Source of the DNA: Acidimicrobiia bacterium
GTDB lineage: Bacteria; Acidobacteriota; Vicinamibacteria; Vicinamibacterales; UBA2999
Assembly (NCBI GenBank): GCA_016871255.1
Contig: VFZH01000005.1
Span: 1 to 58,942 of the forward strand
Length of the DNA: 58,942 bases
Direction of reading: 5' to 3'
Shown: positions 10,270 to 20,377 of the stretch, piece after piece
How the letters are laid out: each line of letters starts with the position of its first letter
Numbering within the stretch: the stretch's first letter is position 1
Made by a program: the position numbers and the translations under genes
Notes under the pieces: generated by a model
Databases searched by the model: none
What the model was told of the DNA's origin: nothing
What the model saw: the letters and a program-made list of their open reading frames with translations, nothing else

Positions 10270-10659
10270 CTACACCCGCTGAGCCTCTGCGCGAATCGGC
10301 ACCGCCCGGCCCTGCCCGTCCACGGCCACGAGCACCACCTCCGCCTCTGTGACGGTGACCCGCTCGCCGTGGCCCGCCGCCCACCGCTCGGCCTCCACCG
10401 ACACGCGCACGGTGATCGAGGTCCGGCCGATCCGGACGGTCTCGGTGAAGAAGTTGACGACGTCGCCGACGAAGACCGGCTCGTGGAACTCGACTTCACG
10501 CATCGCGCGCGTGACGTAGCGGTGCGAGGCCGTCTTGCGCGCCTCCACGGCCGAGGCCAGGTCGATGTGCGACAGGATGACGCCGCCGAAAATGGTGCCC
10601 ATCGGGTTGGTGTCCTTGGGCATCAGCAGCACCTTGATGGCCGGCACGCGCTCGCTCAC
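10270..10659 (-). CDS. Acyl-CoA thioesterase (hotdog fold, YciA-like)
   Basis: LLMPKDTNPMGTIFGGVILSHIDLA is the typical hotdog thioesterase core. GTG at 10659 was chosen as the start. The longer track ORF (to 10854) reads through the repeat and overlaps the speA start region. Confidence 0.8.
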   Translation of the reverse strand: MSERVPAIKVLLMPKDTNPMGTIFGGVILSHIDLASAVEARKTASHRYVTRAMREVEFHEPVFVGDVVNFFTETVRIGRTSITVRVSVEAERWAAGHGERVTVTEAEVVLVAVDGQGRAVPIRAEAQRV

Positions 10660-10700
10660 CTGTCCAGCATAGGCCGACTCGGGCGGGTCCGTTACATGGG

Positions 10701-10796
10701 TATTGGTGATCTGTGATTGGCGATTGGTGATTGCATTGGCGATTGGCGATTGGCGATTGGTGATTGCATTGACGATTGGTGATTGGCGATTGGGGG
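10701..10796 (-). repeat. Family-A array with a 33-nt higher-order period, in the divergent thioesterase/speA promoter gap
   Basis: GATTGGCGATTGGTGATTGCATTG occurs at 10715-10738 and again at 10748-10771. About 13 units of ATTGGYG/ATTGC. Confidence 0.9.
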
Positions 10797-10862
10797 CACG
10801 ACTTGCGCGTCCGGGTGATCTCGTGGCTGCGCGCGCGCGAAATGCGTTTATCATGGTCGGGA

Positions 10863-12827
10863 ATGAGCACGCTGACGAACGGTCGGCCGCGCGCCGCCAA
10901 CGGTGCGCCCGCTCCCGCCGCCGGCAGCACGACCAGCAGCGCCTGGTCGGTTCACGACGCCAGCGAGTTGTACGAAATCGCGCGCTGGGGCAACGGCTAC
11001 TTCAGCATCAACGGCATCGGCCACGTCCAGGTCCACCCGTCAAAGGACCCGGCATCGCACATCGACCTCAAGGAGCTGGTCGATCGTCTCCAGCTCCGCG
11101 GCATCGGCCTGCCGGTCCTCATCCGCTTCACCGACATCCTGAAACACCGGCTCGGCGACATCCACCACGCGTTCCAGTCGGCGATCAGTCAGCACCAGTA
11201 CCAGGGCGAATACTGCTGCGTGTACCCGATCAAGGTGAACCAGCAGCGCCAGGTGGTCGAAGAGGTGCTGAACTTCGGCCGGCCGTTCGGCTTCGGCCTC
11301 GAGGCCGGCTCCAAGCCGGAGCTGCTCGCCGTCATCGCCCTGGCGGACAACGACACGCCGATCATCTGCAACGGCTTCAAGGACACCGAGTACATCGAGA
11401 CCGCCATGCTCGCCCAGAAGATCGGGCGCACCATCATTCCGGTCGTCGAGAAGTACACCGAGCTCCCCCTGATCCTGGAGTACGCCGCCAAAGCCGGCGT
11501 CCGGCCGCAGATCGGCATGCGCGTGAAGCTCGCGTCGCGCGGCAGCGGGCGGTGGCAGTCCTCGGGCGGCTTCCGCTCCAAGTTCGGGCTCACGGTGACC
11601 GAGATCGTCCGGGGACTGGAGGAGCTGAAGAGCCACGGGATGCAGGACTGCCTCACGCTGCTGCACTTCCACCTCGGCAGCCAGATCACCAACATCCGCA
11701 TCGTCAAGGGAGCCCTGAACGAGGCCGCCCGCGTCTACACCGAGCTGGCCCGGATGGGCGCCGGCCTCCGCTACCTGGACGTCGGCGGCGGCCTCGGCGT
11801 GGACTACGACGGGTCGCAGACCAACTTCGAGTCGAGCATGAACTACTCGCTCGAGGAGTACGCCGCAGACGTCGTGTACCACGTCCAGACGGTATGCGAC
11901 GAAGCGGGGGTGGCGCACCCGACGATCCTCTCCGAGAGCGGACGCGCCGTCGTCGCCTACCACAGCCTGCTGGTGTTCAACGTCCTCGGCGTGTCCGCCT
12001 TCGGCGAGGAACGCGTGCCCACGGTGCCTGCGCCGGAGATGGAACAGCCGATCGTCGACCTGATCGAGACGCACAACAACGCGACCGCCCGGAACGCCGT
12101 CGAGGCCTTCCACGACGGCCAGGCGGCGCTCGACATGGCCCTCAGCCTCTTCTCCGCGGGCTACCTGCCGCTCGATCAGCGGAGCCTCGCCGAGAACCTC
12201 TTCTGGGCGCTCTGCACGAAACTGCGCAGGCTCACGCAGACGATGGCCGAAGTGCCGGAGGAGCTGCAGAACCTCGACGAGCAGCTCTCGGACACGGTCT
12301 TCTGCAACTTCTCGCTGTTCCAGTCGATTCCCGACAGCTGGGCAATCAAGCAGTTGTTCCCCGTGATGCCGATACACCGCCTGAACGAGCGGCCGACCAG
12401 CCACGCCGTGCTCGGCGACATCACGTGCGACTCGGACGGCAAGCTCGACCGGTTCGTCGATCGGCGCGACGTCAAGAAGACGCTGCCCCTCCACGAGGTC
12501 GGCGGCGAACCCTACTACCTCGGCGTCTTCCTCGTCGGCGCCTACCAGGAGATCCTGGGCGACCTGCACAACCTGTTCGGCGACACGCACGCCGTCCACG
12601 TCCGGCTCGACGAATCCGGGGTTGCCCGGCTCGATACGCTGATCAAGGGCGATACGGTGCGCGAGGTGCTGGACTACGTGGAGTTCGACGCCGACACGCT
12701 GCTCGGCAAGCTCCGCACCGACGTCGAAACCGCCGTCCGGGCCGGGCTGGTGGACTACGAGGGCGCCGGCCAGCTCCTGCGCTTCTACGAAGACGGCCTC
12801 AGCGGCTACACGTACCTCGAAGGATGA
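10863..12827 (+). CDS. speA: Biosynthetic arginine decarboxylase
   Basis: WSVHDASELYEIARWGNGYFSINGIGHVQV, YPIKVNQQ and LHFHLGSQ, with full SpeA length. The start is ATG 10863 or 10842. Confidence 0.92.
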   Translation: MSTLTNGRPRAANGAPAPAAGSTTSSAWSVHDASELYEIARWGNGYFSINGIGHVQVHPSKDPASHIDLKELVDRLQLRGIGLPVLIRFTDILKHRLGDIHHAFQSAISQHQYQGEYCCVYPIKVNQQRQVVEEVLNFGRPFGFGLEAGSKPELLAVIALADNDTPIICNGFKDTEYIETAMLAQKIGRTIIPVVEKYTELPLILEYAAKAGVRPQIGMRVKLASRGSGRWQSSGGFRSKFGLTVTEIVRGLEELKSHGMQDCLTLLHFHLGSQITNIRIVKGALNEAARVYTELARMGAGLRYLDVGGGLGVDYDGSQTNFESSMNYSLEEYAADVVYHVQTVCDEAGVAHPTILSESGRAVVAYHSLLVFNVLGVSAFGEERVPTVPAPEMEQPIVDLIETHNNATARNAVEAFHDGQAALDMALSLFSAGYLPLDQRSLAENLFWALCTKLRRLTQTMAEVPEELQNLDEQLSDTVFCNFSLFQSIPDSWAIKQLFPVMPIHRLNERPTSHAVLGDITCDSDGKLDRFVDRRDVKKTLPLHEVGGEPYYLGVFLVGAYQEILGDLHNLFGDTHAVHVRLDESGVARLDTLIKGDTVREVLDYVEFDADTLLGKLRTDVETAVRAGLVDYEGAGQLLRFYEDGLSGYTYLEG

Positions 12828-13249
12828 CCCGGCGCGGCGCGCGTCTCGTGTGGATACTGGCGGCGAGCCTGGCCGCCACGGCATGCGGACTGTTCGGGTC
12901 CGATTCGTCGGAGGCCCCGTCGCCCGTCACGCTCGACGGCACCTACGTCGGCAGCATCAACGACTCGATCGCCGGCGCCGGCACGGCGCGCATCACCGTC
13001 GTCGCCACCGGGACCAGCCTGTCCGGCACGTGGCAGGCGACGTTCGCCAACGCCAGCAACAACGCGAGCGGCACGCTGCAGGGCACGTTCACCGACACCA
13101 CGCTGACAGCCACGTTCACCCCGAGCGTGAGCGGCACCTGTCCCTGGGCCGTGACGATGACGCGCTCCGGCGCCACCATGAGCGGCACCTACGCGGCGAC
13201 CAACTGCAACGTGGCCAGAGCCGGCAGCATCGACCTGAAGAAGCAGTAG
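12824..13249 (+). CDS. Putative lipoprotein / secreted hypothetical protein
   Basis: ATG overlaps the speA stop (ATGA at 12824-12827). MTRRGARLVWILAASLAATACGLF has a signal peptide with Cys. Thr/Gly/Ser-rich beta-type sequence. Confidence 0.6.
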   Translation: MTRRGARLVWILAASLAATACGLFGSDSSEAPSPVTLDGTYVGSINDSIAGAGTARITVVATGTSLSGTWQATFANASNNASGTLQGTFTDTTLTATFTPSVSGTCPWAVTMTRSGATMSGTYAATNCNVARAGSIDLKKQ

Positions 13250-13283
13250 CGCCCGCCTCCGCGCGTCCCGCGCGCCGACGAGG

Positions 13284-16160
13284 TCAAGAGACGCGGCGGC
13301 GCTGATCGAAGAAGCGCCGGCAGGCGCGCTGGAAGCGGTCGTTGAGGGCGGCGGCCGCGTCGGGCGCGACCGGCCCGAGCCGCGACCACTGCTGCTGGGC
13401 GCTCTTCACTTCCTGCTCGGCCGCTCGCCACTTCAGCTCCTCGGACTCCCCCGGCTTCCCCCCGGCCAGGGTGTTGGCGGCGAGCCGATCGCGCCACTGC
13501 TGCGCCAGCCGCTCGGCAGGCGACAGGCTGGCCGCCACCGGACGCGGGGCGTGCTCGGCCAGCAGTTTCTCCACCCGTGCCACCAGCTTCTCCATCCGGC
13601 CCAGCGTCTGGGCGGGGTCGAGATCCGTGCCTTCGAACGCCCCGGGCCATACGGCCACGAGCGCGTTCAGCGCGGCGTGGAAACGCGCCGAGAGCGGGTC
13701 CACCAGGGTCCGGGGCAGGTCGGGAGCCTGCCGCCAACGCGACCGCAGCGTCTGCACCAGCGCGTACAGCTCGCCCGGCGGGTTCCCGGCCCCGGTACCG
13801 GCCTGGGGCACCAGGGCCTCCAGCTCGCGGACCACGGTCTCGCGCTCGGCGACCTTGTCCTGCAGGCCCGCCACGTCGCGATGCTTGTAGCGATCGAAGA
13901 AGCGGTCGCAGGCTGCGCGGAACCGCTGCCAGACCGCATCGGCCTTCGAGCGCCGCACCGGTCCGATCGCCTTCCACTCCGTCTGCAGGCGCTTGAGCGC
14001 CGCGGCCGTCATCTCCCAGTCGGTGGACTCGGCCAGCGCCTCGGCCTGCGCCGCAAGCGCCTCCTTCCGGGCCAGGTTGCCCGTCCACTCGTCCTTGCGC
14101 CGTTTCAGGTCCTCCTGCCGGCGGGTGAAGAAGCGGTCGCACGCCTTCCGGAAACGCTCCCAGACGGCACGCTCCCGGCCGCGTGCGACCGGACCGATCG
14201 TCTTCCACTCGGCCTGCAGCGCCTGGAGGGCGTTCGCCGTGCCCGCCCAGTCGGCGGACTCGGCCAGCGCTTCGGCCCGCACGGCCAGGGCCTCCTTCTT
14301 CTCCAGGTTCTGCGCCCGCTCGACCGCCTGCGTCGCGAAGTGGGTCTCGCAGCGCAGGTAGACCGCTTCCTGGGCGAGCCGGAACCGGCGCCACAGGACC
14401 TCGCCCTGCCCGCGGGGCGCCAGCGCCACGTCGCGCCACCGCGCCTGGTACTCGCGCATCTTCCGGGCAGCCAGGTCGAGCTGCTCCTCGGCCAGCAGCG
14501 TCTCCATGGCGGCGCAGAGCTCTTCCTGCACCTGTGCGTTGGCGAACCGCTGCCAGTCGTCCGCGTCGCGCAGCTCCTGCACGCGGGGGGCGAGCTGGCC
14601 GCGCAGCGCCTCCAGGCGGGCCGTCAGCTCCTGCCGATCCTGCTTCGTGGGCAGCGGCAGGCGCTGCTCGATCGCCGCGCGGATATCGCGCAGGACGCGC
14701 TCGCCTGCCTTCAAGGTCAGCGCCTCCGCGGCGGCCAGCGTCTCCGCCTGCCGGCAGATCTGCTGCACGCGCTGCAGGTTCTCGCGTTCCCTGCGCGCGC
14801 GGCGCTCCTGGATGTCGTGCTCGTGCGCCTCGAGCACCGCCACGGCGCGATCGAGCCGCCGGGCGGCGTCGGGGTTCGCCGCCGCGTGGTCGCGCAGCGT
14901 GTCGGCGTCTCGCCGCAGGCCGCGCCAGCGCGCCACCACCTCTTCGATCGGCAGGTCGGACGCGACCATCTGCTCCAGTTCGGAGGCGAGCGTATCCAGC
15001 CGGATGGCCGCCGCCGCGGCCAGCGCCCGGCGGCGCTCGCGATCCTCGCAGGCTCGACTGGCATCCTGGAACCGCCGCGTCAGCGACGCCGCGTACTCGG
15101 TGGGCATCGGCGGGAGCGCATCCCAGCGCGCCCGCAGCTCCGCCAGCCGGTCCGGCGTCTCGGGGCCCGCCAGCGCCTCCAGGGCCTCGCAGATCGCCAC
15201 GCGATCCACCTGCTCGCGTGCCAGCACCCGTGCACGCTCCGCCGCGGCCTCCCGCTCCTGCTCGCGCTCGGCCATGGCCTCGCGCGCGGCGTCGCACGCC
15301 GCCTCGAACCGCTGCTGCAGCGCGGCCTCCATCGTGAACCCGGCCAGCAGATCCGCCCAGTCGAAGCGAGCCTGGTTCAACTGGGCCGCGGCCTCATCGG
15401 GATCGGCAAGCCCCACCAGCGCTCCGGTACGCTGCAGGACCGCCAACGCGCGCGTCCTGTCGTCCGCAGACATCGGCACATCCGGCTCCACGGCCGGGGG
15501 CTGCGCCGCTTCCTCCGCCTCGCGCACGCGGGTACGTGCGCGCCGGACCGCCACCTTGTTGCGCCCGCGCTGAGCCACGGCTCGCACCGCTTCCAGGTCG
15601 GACACACGATCGAGCGCCGCAATGGCCACGTCGGTGTGCTCGGACTTCGTGGCCACGGCGGCGATCTCGGCCTCGTCGGACAGCCGGCCCAGCGCGCGCA
15701 GCCGCGTGGCGCCATCGCCCGCGTGCCGGCTCACCGAGCCGAGCAGCTTCTCGTCCGTCAGGCGATCGACCGCAGCGGTCCGCACCTCGGCCGACGCGCC
15801 GTCCCGCGCGATGGCCGCGACCTCACGGGCGCACCCCAGGTCGACCAGGTGGCCGAGCGGCCGTTCGCCGGCCGCCAGATCCGGCGCCTCCGCGGCGAGA
15901 CCCGCCAGCGCACGGACGGCATCGGCCCGGATCGACGCTTCCGGGTCGGTCCGTACCACTTCGGCCAGCACGTCGCCGTCCACCAGCCGCGACACCGCCG
16001 ACCGCCGCACGCGGGCATCTGCGTCGTCCCGGGCCAGCGCGTGCAGCGCCTCGAGCTCGTCATCGGCCAGCTCGTAGACGGCGGCCGCCCGCACGGTTGG
16101 ATCGGCGTGCTTCCACCGCGGGTTCCCCCGCAGCTTCTCCAGCAGTCCCATGCGCCACAC
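13284..16160 (-). CDS. Large DUF349-repeat protein with N-terminal HEAT-like repeats
   Basis: The unit W(K/R)xIGPVxRxxxxAVWxRFRxACDRFF is repeated several times. The N-terminal 200 aa has repeated VRxxAVxxL...D motifs. 958 aa. Confidence 0.8.
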   Translation of the reverse strand: MWRMGLLEKLRGNPRWKHADPTVRAAAVYELADDELEALHALARDDADARVRRSAVSRLVDGDVLAEVVRTDPEASIRADAVRALAGLAAEAPDLAAGERPLGHLVDLGCAREVAAIARDGASAEVRTAAVDRLTDEKLLGSVSRHAGDGATRLRALGRLSDEAEIAAVATKSEHTDVAIAALDRVSDLEAVRAVAQRGRNKVAVRRARTRVREAEEAAQPPAVEPDVPMSADDRTRALAVLQRTGALVGLADPDEAAAQLNQARFDWADLLAGFTMEAALQQRFEAACDAAREAMAEREQEREAAAERARVLAREQVDRVAICEALEALAGPETPDRLAELRARWDALPPMPTEYAASLTRRFQDASRACEDRERRRALAAAAAIRLDTLASELEQMVASDLPIEEVVARWRGLRRDADTLRDHAAANPDAARRLDRAVAVLEAHEHDIQERRARRERENLQRVQQICRQAETLAAAEALTLKAGERVLRDIRAAIEQRLPLPTKQDRQELTARLEALRGQLAPRVQELRDADDWQRFANAQVQEELCAAMETLLAEEQLDLAARKMREYQARWRDVALAPRGQGEVLWRRFRLAQEAVYLRCETHFATQAVERAQNLEKKEALAVRAEALAESADWAGTANALQALQAEWKTIGPVARGRERAVWERFRKACDRFFTRRQEDLKRRKDEWTGNLARKEALAAQAEALAESTDWEMTAAALKRLQTEWKAIGPVRRSKADAVWQRFRAACDRFFDRYKHRDVAGLQDKVAERETVVRELEALVPQAGTGAGNPPGELYALVQTLRSRWRQAPDLPRTLVDPLSARFHAALNALVAVWPGAFEGTDLDPAQTLGRMEKLVARVEKLLAEHAPRPVAASLSPAERLAQQWRDRLAANTLAGGKPGESEELKWRAAEQEVKSAQQQWSRLGPVAPDAAAALNDRFQRACRRFFDQRRRVS

Positions 16161-16195
16161 AGTCTACCGGAGCCTCGCGTCCCGCGCGAGAGGAA

Positions 16196-16233
16196 CGCGC
16201 GGACGCGAAATCCCGAATCCCGAATCCAAAATG
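16196..16233 (+). repeat. Family-B element, short copy with the conserved head
   Basis: CGCGCGGACGCGAAATCCCGAA at 16196-16217 is identical to 4198-4219, and is followed by tcccgaatccaaaatg. Confidence 0.85.
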
Positions 16234-16272
16234 CCACGGGCCGGGTCCTCTCGCGGAGGACCCGGCCCGTGG
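16234..16272 (-). terminator. Rho-independent-type terminator downstream of glnN
   Basis: Perfect 17-bp stem CCACGGGCCGGGTCCTC / GAGGACCCGGCCCGTGG with a 5-nt loop. On the minus strand it is followed by CAUUUUGG. Confidence 0.7.
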
Positions 16273-16295
16273 ATGTCGAACGTGTGTCGGGAGGG

Positions 16296-18476
16296 CTACT
16301 TGACGAACAGCATCTCCCGGTAGGTGGGCAGCGGCCAGATCGCGTGCGGCGTGAGCGTCTCGATCGCGTCGCCGATCTCGCGGAGCTTCGCCATGGCCGT
16401 GACGACCTTGTCGCGCATGTACTTCGCGTGCTTCTCCGGCGACCCGCCCTCGTGGGCGAGCAGCGCGTCGAGCGCGTCCGTCTGCGCCTTGAACTGGTCG
16501 ACCAGCTTCGTGTACTTCGCCAGCAGCTTCTTCGACTGCACGCTGGTCGTGCCGGCCGACTTCAGGGCGGCCACGCTCTGCCCGATCTGCTTCTGGTATT
16601 CGAGGGCGGCCGGCACGATGTAGCGGTTGGCCATCAGCACCATGAGCTGCCCTTCGATGTTGATCGTCTTCGTGTAGGCCTCGAGGTACACCCCGTAGCG
16701 GGCGCGGATCTCCCGCTCGTTGAGCACCTTGTGCGCCTCGAGCAGCTTGATGACCGCCGGCGCGATCAGCTCGGGCAGCGCATCGACCGTGTTCTTCAGG
16801 TTCAGGAGCCCGCGCCTGCCCGCCTCCTTCTCCCATTCCTTCGCGTAGTTGTTGCCGTTGAAGATGATCCGCTTGTGCTCCCTGACGACCTGCGTCAGCA
16901 GCTTCGCCACGGCGCTCTTGAGATCCTGACCGCCTGATGTCGCCTTCTCGAGCTGGTCGGCGATCGACCCGAGCGCGTCGGCCACCGCCACGTTCAGCAC
17001 CATGTTGGGCCAGCCGATGTTCTGCCCCGACGACACGGCGCGGAACTCGAACTTGTTGCCCGTGAACGCGAACGGGCTGGTCCGGTTCCGGTCACCCGCG
17101 TCGCGCGGCAGCTTCGGCATCGAGCTGACGCCCACGTCGAGCGTGCCACCCGCCTTGGTGCTCTTCGCCGCCCCCTTCTCGAGCTGCTCGAAGATGTCCG
17201 TGAGCTGGTCGCCGAGGAAGATCGAGAGGATGGCCGGCGGGGCCTCGTTGGCGCCCAGCCGGTGATCGTTGCCCGCGCTGGCGATGCTGGCCCGCAGCAC
17301 GCCCTGCCACCGGTCCACCGCCCGCAGCACGGCGGCACAGAACACCAGGAACTGCATGTTCTCGTGCGGCGTGTCGCCCGGACCGAGCAGGTTGTTGCCC
17401 AGGTCGTCCGACATCGACCAGTTGTTGTGCTTGCCGGAGCCGTTCACCCCGGCGAACGGCTTCTCGTGCAGCAGGCACTCGAGCCCGTACTTCGGTGCCA
17501 CGCGCCGAAGCATCTCCATCGTGAGCAGCTGGTGGTCGGCCGCCACGTTGGCGTTCTCGAAGATCGGCGCGATCTCGTACTGGCTCGGCGCCACCTCGTT
17601 GTGCCGCGTCTTCACCGGCACGCCGATCTTGTAGAGCTCCGTCTCCACGTCGGCCATGCAGGCGAGCACACGCTCCGGGATGGACCCGAAGTACTGGTCC
17701 TCCATCTCCTGCCCCTTCGGGGGCTTCGCGCCGAACAGCGTGCGGCCGGCGTTGATGAGGTCGGGGCGGGCGAAGTAGAAGTTGCGGTCGATCAGGAAGT
17801 ACTCCTGCTCCGGTCCGCAGGTGGTGACAACGCGCTTCGCCCTGGACCCGAAGAGCTTCAGGACCCGCACCGCCTGCTTCGACAGCGCGTCCATCGAGCG
17901 CAGCAGCGGCGTCTTCTTGTCCAGCGCCTCGCCCGTCCAGCTCACGAACGCGGTCGGAATGACCAGCGTGACGTTGTTGGAGTCCACGCGGAGGAACGGC
18001 GGGCTCGTGGGATCCCAGGCCGTGTAGCCGCGCGCCTCGAAGGTGGAGCGCATGCCGCCCGACGGGAAGCTCGAGGCATCCGGCTCGCCCCGGACCAGCT
18101 CCTTGCCGCCGAACTCCGTCATGGCCGATCCGGTGCCCGTCGGCGACAGGAACGAGTCGTGCTTCTCGGCCGTGATGCCGGTCATCGGCTGGAACCAGTG
18201 GGTGTAGTGCGTCGCCCCGTGCTCGACCGCCCAGTCCTTCAGGGCCACGGCCACGGCGTCCGCCGTCGCCACGTCGAGCGGCTCACCGTTCCGGATGGTC
18301 GCGCGCAGCGAGGCATAGACCCCCTTGGGGAGGCGCGCCTCCTGCTCCTTGTCGCTGAACGCCAGCGACCCGAACAGCTCGGCGGCCTTCGAAGGGGAGG
18401 TCAGCGTGGCGCGTCCCTCGGTCATCGACCAGTCGCAGATGCTCTTGACCGCATCGGTCAGTGCAGCAGATCCCAT
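16296..18476 (-). CDS. glnN: Glutamine synthetase type III
   Basis: About 726 aa. [29 protein letters not shown] and GSGKHNNWS are typical of GSIII. ATG at 18476 is preceded by AAAGGA. Confidence 0.92.
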   Translation of the reverse strand: MGSAALTDAVKSICDWSMTEGRATLTSPSKAAELFGSLAFSDKEQEARLPKGVYASLRATIRNGEPLDVATADAVAVALKDWAVEHGATHYTHWFQPMTGITAEKHDSFLSPTGTGSAMTEFGGKELVRGEPDASSFPSGGMRSTFEARGYTAWDPTSPPFLRVDSNNVTLVIPTAFVSWTGEALDKKTPLLRSMDALSKQAVRVLKLFGSRAKRVVTTCGPEQEYFLIDRNFYFARPDLINAGRTLFGAKPPKGQEMEDQYFGSIPERVLACMADVETELYKIGVPVKTRHNEVAPSQYEIAPIFENANVAADHQLLTMEMLRRVAPKYGLECLLHEKPFAGVNGSGKHNNWSMSDDLGNNLLGPGDTPHENMQFLVFCAAVLRAVDRWQGVLRASIASAGNDHRLGANEAPPAILSIFLGDQLTDIFEQLEKGAAKSTKAGGTLDVGVSSMPKLPRDAGDRNRTSPFAFTGNKFEFRAVSSGQNIGWPNMVLNVAVADALGSIADQLEKATSGGQDLKSAVAKLLTQVVREHKRIIFNGNNYAKEWEKEAGRRGLLNLKNTVDALPELIAPAVIKLLEAHKVLNEREIRARYGVYLEAYTKTINIEGQLMVLMANRYIVPAALEYQKQIGQSVAALKSAGTTSVQSKKLLAKYTKLVDQFKAQTDALDALLAHEGGSPEKHAKYMRDKVVTAMAKLREIGDAIETLTPHAIWPLPTYREMLFVK

Positions 18477-18607
18477 GTGACAGACGTCCTTTCTTCTCGC
18501 GCCGGCAGCGGTCGCGATCACGGCGGTGTACGGTGATTCAGTTCCGAGCCCGTAGCTGGATGGAACGCTCGGCGGGCGATCCGCGCCTGACCGGACACGG
18601 ATGACGG

Positions 18608-18637
18608 ATTATGAACGATCCGCCTGAGGCGTGACAA
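18608..18637 (-). promoter_or_regulatory. Candidate sigma70-type promoter for glnN
   Basis: On the minus strand: TTGTCA (plus 18632-18637), 18-nt spacer, CATAAT (plus 18608-18613). It lies in the only AT-rich patch of the 359-bp glnN/glnA gap, and an 8-bp palindrome ACAATTGT (18637-18644) adjoins the -35. Confidence 0.35.
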
Positions 18638-18835
18638 CAATTGTGTTTTCGAGCCATCACGGGTCCATTCTTGTTCCCCAGGCGATCGCGTTTTGTCCCT
18701 CGCCCGGGAACAATCCTGCCCCCCCATGACAGGGCGCCGTCGATCCGCTATGCTGGCCGCCCGGCCTCCGGGCTACGCCCGAGTTCTTCCCATCGTGCGG
18801 CCCTCGCCCGACTCGCGGGGGCGAGGAGGTGACTC

Positions 18836-20272
18836 ATGTCCGACGCGTTCCCCACCACCCCCGCGGAGTTCTTCACGTACGCGAAGAAGCACGGCGCCGA
18901 AATGCTGGACCTGAAGTTCGTGGACCTGCTCGGCACCTGGCAGCACTGTTCGTACCCGCTCGACACGCTCGACGAGGGCACGTTCGAGGAAGGTCTCGGC
19001 TTCGACGGCTCGTCGATCCGTGGATGGAAGGGCATCCACGAATCCGACATGATGGCGGTCCCCGTGGCCACCACCGGCCGCATCGATCCGTTCTTCGCGA
19101 AGCCGACGATCAGCGTGATCGCGAACATCGTGGACCCGGTCACGCGGCAGGACTTCACGCGCGACCCACGCCACGTCGCCCGGAAGGCCGAGGCCTACCT
19201 GAAGGAGACCGGCATCGCGGACACCTGCTACATCGGGCCGGAGCCGGAGTTCTTCATCTTCGACGAGGTCCGGTACGAGCAGAACCAGCACACCGGCTTC
19301 TACCAGATCGACTCGGTGGAGGGCGCCTGGAACACGGCCCGGATCGAGGAGCCGAACCTGGGCTACAAGCCGAGCTTCAAGGGCGGCTACTTCCCGGTGA
19401 GCCCGTCGGACACCTACCACGACCTGCGCGGCGAGATGGTCGAGGAGATGCGCCGGATCGGCATCGTCGTCGAAGCGCACCACCACGAGGTCGCCACCGC
19501 GGGACAGTCGGAAATCGACATGCAGTTCCAGTCGCTGCTGACGATGGCCGATCAGTTCATGTGGTACAAGTACATCTGCAAGAACGTCGCGAGGCGTCAC
19601 GGCAAGACCGTGACGTTCATGCCGAAGCCGATCTTCGAGGACAACGGCAGCGGCATGCACACGCACACCTCGCTCTGGAAGGGCGGCACGCCGCTCTTCG
19701 CCGGCAACGGCTACGCCGACCTGTCCGACATCGGGCGCTGGGCGGCCGGAGGGCTGCTCCGGCACGCGCCCGCGATCCTGGCCTTCGCCGCTCCGACCAC
19801 GAACTCGTACCGCCGGCTGGTCCCCGGTTTCGAGGCCCCCGTCAACCTGGCGATGTCGGCGCGGAACCGCTCGGCGTCGATCCGGATTCCGATGTACTCG
19901 AAGAGCCCGAAGGCCAAGCGGCTCGAGTTCCGCTGCCCGGACCCGACCTGCAACGGCTACCTGGCGTGGCCGGCCATGCTCATGGCGATGATCGATGGGA
20001 TCCAGAACAGGCTCGATCCCGGCGCGCCGCTCGATCGCGACATCTACGAGATGACCGGCGCCGAGATGAAGGAGATGGGCATCCGGACGACGCCGGGATC
20101 GCTGGGGGAGGCGGTGGACGCGCTGGAGCGGGACCACGCGTTCCTGCTCGATGGTGACGTCTTCACCGAGGACCTGGTCCAGACCTGGATCGACTGGAAG
20201 CGCAGCCGCGAGCTCGACCCGATCCGCCTGCGCCCGCACCCCTACGAGTTCCAGCTCTACTACGACTCGTAG
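18836..20272 (+). CDS. glnA: Glutamine synthetase type I
   Basis: Full-length GSI pattern: [42 protein letters not shown]. Strong SD GAGGAGG lies 6 nt upstream of the ATG. Confidence 0.95.
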   Translation: MSDAFPTTPAEFFTYAKKHGAEMLDLKFVDLLGTWQHCSYPLDTLDEGTFEEGLGFDGSSIRGWKGIHESDMMAVPVATTGRIDPFFAKPTISVIANIVDPVTRQDFTRDPRHVARKAEAYLKETGIADTCYIGPEPEFFIFDEVRYEQNQHTGFYQIDSVEGAWNTARIEEPNLGYKPSFKGGYFPVSPSDTYHDLRGEMVEEMRRIGIVVEAHHHEVATAGQSEIDMQFQSLLTMADQFMWYKYICKNVARRHGKTVTFMPKPIFEDNGSGMHTHTSLWKGGTPLFAGNGYADLSDIGRWAAGGLLRHAPAILAFAAPTTNSYRRLVPGFEAPVNLAMSARNRSASIRIPMYSKSPKAKRLEFRCPDPTCNGYLAWPAMLMAMIDGIQNRLDPGAPLDRDIYEMTGAEMKEMGIRTTPGSLGEAVDALERDHAFLLDGDVFTEDLVQTWIDWKRSRELDPIRLRPHPYEFQLYYDS

Positions 20273-20377
20273 CAGGCGCTCCGGCCCCGGGGGCCGGCCG
20301 GCGCTGGCGGCTGCAGCCGGACCCGACACGACAGGAGGCGTTCGCGCGACGGCTCACCGAAGGCTTCGTCCGGGACG

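Noticed and set aside
10185-10796. The short-period arrays considered as CRISPR arrays.
   Set aside because: The units are only 7-8 nt and directly abutting. There are no unique spacers of about 30 nt and no cas genes in the window.
10270-10854. Long N-terminal extensions that read through arrays, for example NRQSPIVNAITNRQSPIANAITNRQSQITN on the thioesterase ORF. Similar extensions occur on ORFs 39660-40715, 44361-44885 and 22985-23713.
   Set aside because: The extensions consist solely of repeat-encoded low-complexity peptide. They overlap divergent neighbours or exceed the homologous N-termini, so shorter homology-supported starts were preferred.
18703-18720. A sigma54 (-24/-12) promoter for glnA (cccGGgaacaatccTGCc).
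   Set aside because: Only the GG and TGC with correct spacing match. The flanking consensus positions do not, and no NtrC-type enhancer sites were seen. It is kept only as a remark within the glnN/glnA finding.
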